This document shows, one piece after another, positions 57,542 to 64,000 of a stretch of 64,000 nucleotides of DNA. Positions within the stretch are counted from its first letter, which is position 1, and every line of letters begins with the position of its first letter. The DNA lies in IMG/VR virus record IMGVR_UViG_3300040801_004532, positions 124,001 to 188,000 of that record. One strand, given 5' to 3'. Position numbers and translations under genes: made by a program. The notes under the pieces are model-generated. The model was not told where the DNA came from and ran no database searches. It saw only the letters and a program-made list of their open reading frames with translations.

Positions 57542-58566
57542 TCTTTGCCTTTATCGCTGATATTCACCTTTCACGCTACAGTCAAGACAAGGTAGAGGAC
57601 AAAACAAATCTTCCTGAGCGATTGCATAGCATTAAAAACGCAATTTATGATACCGCCAAATATTGTGTTCAAAATAATATTTGGAATATCGTAATCGGCG
57701 GTGATATTCTTCATGGGAAATCAATAATATATGCAATCGCTCAGGATATTATGTTACAATACTTTGAAGATTTTAAAGATAAACTAACCTTCTATGTTAT
57801 AGATGGAAACCATGATTTGTCTGGTAAAAGCGAAAGTGTTGTATCAGCACTAAGACCACTGAAAAATATATCAAATGTAAAATGGATACCACACTCAGAG
57901 ATATATCATAAAGAAGACGACGATATATTATTTGTCCCTTATTCAACAAAACTTCCAGAAATCATTAAAGATCAAAGAAGCAAAATTTTAATTTCTCATT
58001 TTGGATTAAGTGAAGGAATGCTAAATTCAGGAATGAGTATTGTCTCTGATATTAGTTTAAAAGATCTAATTGGAAGGTACCGGTTAGTATTGCTTGGCCA
58101 TTATCATAAACCCCAAGAAATTATAAGAGATGACATTTCTTTATATTATGTTGGTTCTTCTGTTCAATTGGACTGGGGCGAGAAAAATGATGAAAAACGA
58201 TTCTTGATAGTTGACTCTGATACCCTTGAAGTGGAGAGTATTCCAACAACAGGATATAAGAAACATGTTGAAATTGAGTTAACCGAAAACTCCAAAGAGG
58301 AATCGTTTAAATTGGCTGAAGCAGCAAGGGCTTCAGGCGATCATGTTAAACTTGTAATGAAGGAAAAAGTTGATTTAACAGATATAGATAAAGACTTCAA
58401 TATTATTGACAAAACAGAAAGAGATATTACAGATAGAGGCATTACAAGCTCAATGTCAGAGAACGATAAACTAAATAGATATCTAGAGATTAGAGAGATT
58501 CCAGAAGCAAAAAGGGAGCAATATCTAAAAGTAGCCCTAGAAAGCATTCAAAATTGTGAGGTATAA
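57538..58566 (+). CDS. sbcD: Mre11/SbcD/gp47-like nuclease
   Basis: ADIH, GGDILH, GNHD, SHFG, LGHYH. Confidence 0.9.
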   Translation: MIFAFIADIHLSRYSQDKVEDKTNLPERLHSIKNAIYDTAKYCVQNNIWNIVIGGDILHGKSIIYAIAQDIMLQYFEDFKDKLTFYVIDGNHDLSGKSESVVSALRPLKNISNVKWIPHSEIYHKEDDDILFVPYSTKLPEIIKDQRSKILISHFGLSEGMLNSGMSIVSDISLKDLIGRYRLVLLGHYHKPQEIIRDDISLYYVGSSVQLDWGEKNDEKRFLIVDSDTLEVESIPTTGYKKHVEIELTENSKEESFKLAEAARASGDHVKLVMKEKVDLTDIDKDFNIIDKTERDITDRGITSSMSENDKLNRYLEIREIPEAKREQYLKVALESIQNCEV

Positions 58567-60753
58567 ATGCGAAATATAGAATTTCAAGAAGTCGGGATGG
58601 AAAATTTTGGACCATATATAGAACCGATGATTCTTAATTTTAAAAATGACTCCCTTGTATTAATGACAGGCCCAAATGGTATTGGTAAAACCATGGCACT
58701 GGATGCAATTCCATTTACATTATACGGAGTAACAAGCAAAAAAGCAAGAGGCGATGATGTTGTAAATAATGTAACAGGAAAAAATTGCAAAACATGGGTC
58801 ACGTTTAAAATTAATGAGGACCAGTATATAATAACAAGATACCATAAATATACACGTCTTGGTAATACAGTGGTTTTAAATAAAAATGGGGTTGATATTA
58901 AAACCGGTCACAAAGAAGTATTGCCGGAGATCGAGAAATTAGTCCGTCCACAAAAAACATTTATGAATACATTATTTTTCGGACAGAAGGTTAAGGATTT
59001 CTTTACTGATTTGGTAGATTCAGAAAAGAAAGAAATCTTTAGGAAAATAATTTATCTTGATAGATATTCAGAATTTTATAAAGAAATTGATTCTCGGTTG
59101 AAAAAATTAAACGAAACCATTTCAGAAATAGAGAAAAAGATCGGGATCAATGCTGGTTTGATTCAAGATTCCAAAGAAAATATTGAAGAGTTGAAGAAAA
59201 AGCAAGAACAGTTTTATATTGATAAAGCCAAAGAACTAGAAGAAGTTAAGAAACAAGTAAGGGACAACGAAAGACTTTTAGAAAAGTGGAAAAAGTCTTT
59301 GAAAGAATTTAACATCGAATATAACATTGACGAAATTAACCAGTCAATTTCAGAAATATCCAACCAAATAAATCAACTTGAAACAAAAACTCAATCAAAG
59401 CTGCAAGAATTACAAATTCAAAAACAACAAAAGATATCTGAATTGAAGGAGGTTGCATCACAAAAGATTGAGGAAGTCCGAGATGAAATTTTAGAAAAAG
59501 AAGAGAATTATAGACACGCAATACTTGTATTGCAAACAGAACAACATGGATTCGTTAAGAAAAAAGACGATGAAATCAACAGCGTCAATTCGGAAATTAC
59601 AAAGATCAAAACTGATATAAAATACTTCAATGAAAGAATTTCTGAAATTGAAAGTAATATATTAGAAAAAGATATTTCATCATGCCCTACATGTGAACAA
59701 GAGGTAGATGAAACTACAAAAGAAAAGTTGATAAAAAAGATAAACAAATATAAATCAGAAATTGAGTTATTATCAGAATCAATACCACCTTTGGAACAAG
59801 ACATCATGGTTCTGAAAAATCGAAAAGTTGAAGGTAAAAACGAGTATGAGTCAAAGATACAAAAAATAAATGATGATTTAACAGAAGCTAAAGCCGAGAA
59901 AGATCGACGAGTTAAAGAGGTAAATGATAGACTCAATGAAACAATACAGAAGGTGGAGCTGGTCGAGGATTCACAAAAGAAAGAGATCAGAAACGAAATC
60001 GAGGAAGAAAAAAATTCTCTCCTTGACCAAAAAGACAAGCTATCTAAGGAAAAAGAAGAAGCAACAAAACAGTTAACCGAAAAAGAATCATATGAGAATT
60101 CTTTAAAAGAATGTGAGACAGCAAAAAATTCGCTAGAATTAAAATACAATTCTGTTGAAGAGTCTGAATTTGATAAAAGCTATCTTGAAAATTATCAAAA
60201 CAAATTGCATCGTTTAGCCGAAACGGCATCTTCTCTCAACATGGAATTAAAAGAGAGCAACGAACTTGCTGAAATCCTTTTGTTCTGGAAAACCGGATTT
60301 TCTCCATCTGGTATCCCATCAATGTTGATTGATGAAGCGATTCCTTTTATGAATGAGAAAATTTCAGAATATTTGGATATGATTACAAACGGAAGATATG
60401 TTGTTTCATTTGATACATTAGCTGAAACAAAAGCCGGAGAATTTCGTGATAAGATTTCTGTTCATGTTTTAGATACCTTTACAAGGGCAAATTCAAGAAC
60501 ACAACTTTCAGGCGGTCAAACTAGAATTATTGATATTGCTACAATTTTGACTCTGGCGGATTTAAATTCAATGATTCAAGATGTCAAAATAAACATCATG
60601 CTTTTTGATGAAATCTTTGATAGTTTGGATGATGAAAATGTTGGTTATGTTGCAAAAGTTTTAAATAAGTTAAAAATAGGAAAATCAATTTATATTATTT
60701 CACACCAACATCAAGATCATTTGGAGGCTGATGAAACGCTGAGATTTAACTAA
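58567..60753 (+). CDS. sbcC: Rad50/SbcC/gp46-like ATPase
   Basis: GPNGIGKT, coiled coils with CPTC zinc hook, LSGGQ, FDEIFDSLD, ISH. Confidence 0.9.
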   Translation: MRNIEFQEVGMENFGPYIEPMILNFKNDSLVLMTGPNGIGKTMALDAIPFTLYGVTSKKARGDDVVNNVTGKNCKTWVTFKINEDQYIITRYHKYTRLGNTVVLNKNGVDIKTGHKEVLPEIEKLVRPQKTFMNTLFFGQKVKDFFTDLVDSEKKEIFRKIIYLDRYSEFYKEIDSRLKKLNETISEIEKKIGINAGLIQDSKENIEELKKKQEQFYIDKAKELEEVKKQVRDNERLLEKWKKSLKEFNIEYNIDEINQSISEISNQINQLETKTQSKLQELQIQKQQKISELKEVASQKIEEVRDEILEKEENYRHAILVLQTEQHGFVKKKDDEINSVNSEITKIKTDIKYFNERISEIESNILEKDISSCPTCEQEVDETTKEKLIKKINKYKSEIELLSESIPPLEQDIMVLKNRKVEGKNEYESKIQKINDDLTEAKAEKDRRVKEVNDRLNETIQKVELVEDSQKKEIRNEIEEEKNSLLDQKDKLSKEKEEATKQLTEKESYENSLKECETAKNSLELKYNSVEESEFDKSYLENYQNKLHRLAETASSLNMELKESNELAEILLFWKTGFSPSGIPSMLIDEAIPFMNEKISEYLDMITNGRYVVSFDTLAETKAGEFRDKISVHVLDTFTRANSRTQLSGGQTRIIDIATILTLADLNSMIQDVKINIMLFDEIFDSLDDENVGYVAKVLNKLKIGKSIYIISHQHQDHLEADETLRFN

Positions 60754-61136
60754 TGAAAATAAAAACAGATTTTGTCACAAATAGTTCATCAACATGCTAT
60801 ATATTTTCATGTAAAAAATATATTCCCAAGGAAGAATTTGGGTTTAAAAGATTCTTAGCCTTTGATAGCTTTATATGCACAAATAAAAGAGAAGAACTAA
60901 TTGCATATGCAGATTGTATCCCCGTTAAGAAATGTGATTGGATAATGTCTGCAATAGGACCATCGAATTTTTATCAACTTTCAGAAAAAGAATTTAGCAT
61001 GTGTATTGATCTAATAAATGCAGGAAAACACGTAGTTACCGTAAGATTAGATCGTTCACAAGAATATAATATTAACTGTCTTATAGAAAAAATGGAGGAA
61101 ACAAATTCAGTATTGGTACTCAAGGAGGAACATTGA
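60753..61136 (+). CDS. MKIKxDFVTNSSS-family protein 4
   Basis: MKIKTDFVTNSSSTCYIF. Confidence 0.6.
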   Translation: MKIKTDFVTNSSSTCYIFSCKKYIPKEEFGFKRFLAFDSFICTNKREELIAYADCIPVKKCDWIMSAIGPSNFYQLSEKEFSMCIDLINAGKHVVTVRLDRSQEYNINCLIEKMEETNSVLVLKEEH

Positions 61137-62197
61137 AATCATTAAATACAGCAAAGAGTCCGATAGCAATTGTAAATTGGTTGCTTACAAGAAAATGTAA
61201 TCTTGAGTGCGACTATTGTGCAATTGTAAAAAATTATCCAGACATGCCAAAAAGCTATCCGTTTGTGGGGCATTATTATCAAAATGAAATGTCAACTGAG
61301 GTTGTTCTTAAAGCCCTAGAAAAATTTCATAAATATAATCCAAATACTTTTCATATCTTTTATGGAGGGGAACCCTTATTAAGAAAAGATTTAGCAACAA
61401 TAATAAGTTTCTGTAATAACTTGGAGATTCCATATACAATAATTAGTAATAACAGCGAAGCTGTGCAGCCTCTAATAGAAAAGCTTTTTGAAGAAGTTGG
61501 ATTTGTTGAGGGGTTTACAAGCTCTGTTGATCCTATTGTCTATACTCAAGAGGATTATGTTGATCCCTCAAGATTACACAAAAGCACTGAAGGATTATCT
61601 CGTTTAAAGCATATGAAGAAATGGGCAAATGTTAGGGACGTGGTTGCTGAAATAACAATTTCACAAGGCATGGAAAATTATTTAATTCCTTTAATTAAAG
61701 ATTTGAGCGAAAACCAAATTTATAGCGATATTACTTTCGTTGATATTGCTAAAAATGACTTTTACGATTTTTCAAATGTTAGAGACGAGGAGTTTTTAGT
61801 TAAACCAACATTGAAATTAGCAAAGATTTTTCTGGAGTTACTTGAAAGCGATTATCTAATTCATATGAAAGATCTTCTTCTCCCAGAAATGTTTGATACA
61901 CTCCCATCAAATTTTGATTGTGATCTTGAAAATCGAGTCCATAATGTTACAGTTGATGCAGATGGTAGTATGCGCTTATGTCTTAGAATAAAAGGTGAGG
62001 TAACTCCAACAATCCATGTTTCAAATTTGTTTGACTCATCAGGAGCCGTATCAAAAGATTTTTACGATTTAATGTGTGTTGATAAGAGAAGACATTGTGA
62101 ATTATGCAATCACTCGTGTTTAATGATGAGCAAACATATATCCAAAAGACCATCAAAGAAAGATATAATAGATAGTTTATTCCATAGGGAGGACTAA
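61133..62197 (+). CDS. Radical SAM protein with C-terminal SPASM/twitch-like Cys motif
   Basis: CNLECDYC, YGGEPLL, C..VDADG.MRLC..CELCNHSC. Confidence 0.85.
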   Translation: MKSLNTAKSPIAIVNWLLTRKCNLECDYCAIVKNYPDMPKSYPFVGHYYQNEMSTEVVLKALEKFHKYNPNTFHIFYGGEPLLRKDLATIISFCNNLEIPYTIISNNSEAVQPLIEKLFEEVGFVEGFTSSVDPIVYTQEDYVDPSRLHKSTEGLSRLKHMKKWANVRDVVAEITISQGMENYLIPLIKDLSENQIYSDITFVDIAKNDFYDFSNVRDEEFLVKPTLKLAKIFLELLESDYLIHMKDLLLPEMFDTLPSNFDCDLENRVHNVTVDADGSMRLCLRIKGEVTPTIHVSNLFDSSGAVSKDFYDLMCVDKRRHCELCNHSCLMMSKHISKRPSKKDIIDSLFHRED

Positions 62198-62200
62198 AAG

Positions 62201-62536
62201 ATGCCACAAGCTGACCAAGATGTTATTCGTAGCGCCATTGAGTTTTGGGAAAAGGTATATCAGGCGGGAGAAGCAAAGGTAAAATTTACTAAGAAAACAG
62301 ATGGAACAATCAGAATCATGCGGTTCACTCTTGATTTTAGCAGGATCCCAAAAAAGCAACATCCAAAAAGTGTAAATATGGCACAGATCCTAAGGTTAAT
62401 TCAAAAGAGTGGAATTATCCATGTTTATGATTTGGACAAAAAAGAGTGGAGATCGGTTCCTTTTAGAAGCGTTGATTGGCTTGAGATCGGAGATGAACGA
62501 TACAAGATAAGACCATTTAAAAGGGGTGAGAAATGA
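62201..62536 (+). CDS. WYL-like SH3/Sm-fold protein (DUF2693-like)
   Basis: VKFTKK.DGTIRIMRFTL..VYDLDKKEWRS. Confidence 0.65.
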   Translation: MPQADQDVIRSAIEFWEKVYQAGEAKVKFTKKTDGTIRIMRFTLDFSRIPKKQHPKSVNMAQILRLIQKSGIIHVYDLDKKEWRSVPFRSVDWLEIGDERYKIRPFKRGEK

Positions 62537-62913
62537 CAGTTATAAATGATATTTTGAAAGAAATGAAAACAACAGATCTGACCCAACAGGTCAGACAATT
62601 TTGTGATATAATAACAAAAGAAGAAAGAGAAAAATTTAAAAATCCGGAACTATTACCGAGAGGTGCCAATGTTTTCCTTTCAATTGAAGTACCAGGGAGA
62701 AGCGATAAGGAAATCGGTTTTTTAACATTAGAACGTGAAGGAGAAGAAGACTATTTAATTGTCTATCATACCCTGGAAAAATATAGAGTTTCATCTGATC
62801 CAGAGAATATGATACCACCAAGACGAAGAAAAGTATGGGCAGTTAATGAAAACAAGGCTGAAAAAATTTTAACCCAGTTTGCTAAAACCGTGAAACTTTT
62901 AAGAGGTGAATAA
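62533..62913 (+). CDS. Hypothetical protein
   Basis: 126-aa coupled ORF. Confidence 0.5.
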   Translation: MTVINDILKEMKTTDLTQQVRQFCDIITKEEREKFKNPELLPRGANVFLSIEVPGRSDKEIGFLTLEREGEEDYLIVYHTLEKYRVSSDPENMIPPRRRKVWAVNENKAEKILTQFAKTVKLLRGE

Positions 62914-64000
62914 ATGAAAGATGTTCTGTTAGGTACTTCGAATCTAGGAGAAAATCGAGCAGTTGAAGAGATAAGGATTAGCCCAAATTATGCAAATCTG
63001 ATAATATCAACATTCGAAGGTACAAAGGAGGATGATTCTACCCCAGCTATTAAACGAAAAACTATATTCACTAAAGATTATATTTCCAAATTAAATGAGT
63101 CAAATAAATTATTTACTGGAAATGTTATGCCTCCGAATTGCAGATATATAGAACCAATCAACAGAGGGGTCATTGCAGTTATTGAAGAACCCCCTTCATT
63201 TAGGACAATTTTTGTTGATAGAGACCTCCGGGAGGAATTTAATGTATTATCAAAACAAGGACGCTTGGATGAATATGAAATACCAAAGAATTTCTTAGAG
63301 AAAAACAGACAACCATACTACCTTAATTTAGCAATACCTTATACCATCTTTCTTATGTGGATAACGGAATATTTCAGCGTTGGAATAACTGAAGTATATT
63401 TTCGTACAAATCAATTGATGGGTCTTTCAGACAACCTTCTTTTAGCTCCATTTTTAAATATACCAACTGAGCAACGAATTTGCTATCAATCTGGAAATAA
63501 ATGTATATCCCTAACTGCAGCTATACAACAAGGGATTAAGGCCTTTTGGGAATCAACATTTAACTCAGATTATACACACAATTATGAAAGTTATAAAGAA
63601 ACCCCAGTCGTTGGAAATTATCTTGAATGGCAAGCTATGTCTAAAATAAATCCATTGTTTATCTATAACGCAGACTGGCAAGTTAGGCCTTATAATTTAG
63701 GTCAAAGAATTAACAATTTAATTGAGCAGGCAGGAGGAAGGTCAAAAAATAAATTCGGTTATGCAGAACTTGCTGACTTATTTTATTCAAGACTAGATTC
63801 AGGCGTTGATATAAAACCTTCTCCAAGATCTAAAAATAAATATAGATTGTTTTTTGATATAGCAAATAGTCTATATTTAGATGATATACTTCATATTGAA
63901 GTTGGCGATACATTTAAAACACATGATGGAAAGATAGCATATATTGACTCTCTTGCTGGATTTTCAGATGGGAGCGAAATTAAATATATCCAAATAGATA
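62914..64000 (+). CDS. Prokaryotic E2 (ubiquitin-conjugating-like, family D) domain protein; runs off the window
   Basis: Hand translation from ATG 62914: EEPPSFRTI..LAIPYTIF..LLLAPFLNI....RIC..AFWESTFN; RBS GAGGTG. Confidence 0.55.
   Translation, partial: MKDVLLGTSNLGENRAVEEIRISPNYANLIISTFEGTKEDDSTPAIKRKTIFTKDYISKLNESNKLFTGNVMPPNCRYIEPINRGVIAVIEEPPSFRTIFVDRDLREEFNVLSKQGRLDEYEIPKNFLEKNRQPYYLNLAIPYTIFLMWITEYFSVGITEVYFRTNQLMGLSDNLLLAPFLNIPTEQRICYQSGNKCISLTAAIQQGIKAFWESTFNSDYTHNYESYKETPVVGNYLEWQAMSKINPLFIYNADWQVRPYNLGQRINNLIEQAGGRSKNKFGYAELADLFYSRLDSGVDIKPSPRSKNKYRLFFDIANSLYLDDILHIEVGDTFKTHDGKIAYIDSLAGFSDGSEIKYIQID

Noticed and set aside
61133-62197. QueE to pair with QueD
   Set aside because: Too long, has a C-terminal Cys cluster and lacks QueE N-terminal motifs (e.g. 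QGEG)
555-62821. Minus-strand ORFs throughout the window
   Set aside because: All overlap well-supported + strand genes and show antisense-type composition
1-64000. Stop-codon reassignment or a cellular chromosome origin
   Set aside because: Long genes are intact in code 11 with TAA, TAG and TGA all used as stops; the rpoB/rpoC/gyr-like genes are divergent and sit among virion genes, with no ribosomal protein cluster

Overview
A 64-kb, AT-rich segment of a large (probably jumbo) tailed dsDNA phage genome. All credible genes lie on the + strand and use the standard code; minus-strand ORFs look like shadows. It carries T4-like replication/recombination genes (clamp-loader tail, primase, clamp-like protein, 5'-3' exonuclease, RuvC, UvsX/RecA, SF2 helicase, SbcCD/gp46-47, a two-gene type IIA topoisomerase, SSB-like protein), class II RNR, myovirus neck/baseplate genes (gp13-, gp53-, gp5-like, PAAR), and its own cell-like RNA polymerase (beta' then beta). 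Auxiliary genes include QueD, a queuosine-salvage-like hydrolase, HldE kinase, LigD phosphoesterase, ferritin-like and desulforedoxin-like domains, a type IV pilin, a KH protein and a prokaryotic E2-like protein. These suggest an anaerobic Gram-negative host (inference). The standout is a non-coding array at 39813-40258: four tandem RNA modules, each with a closing stem and a conserved RAAGACT..GTRR..TYCAG motif, enclosing a different tRNA-derived cargo (one hairpin, D+anticodon arms, D+anticodon+T arms, or a full 76-nt cloverleaf with CCA). It lies directly upstream of a helical+vWA (Ro60/TROVE-like) gene and an ARPP-like gene, suggesting a phage Y-RNA-like tRNA-mimic ribonucleoprotein system. 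Also notable: a GC-rich cassette of five exported proteins, two recurring promoter-like motifs, a candidate stand-alone ncRNA, an N-terminal YLxxL(x)E motif shared by several proteins, and four MKIKxDFVTNSSS proteins. All family assignments come from motif recognition by eye; no searches were run.
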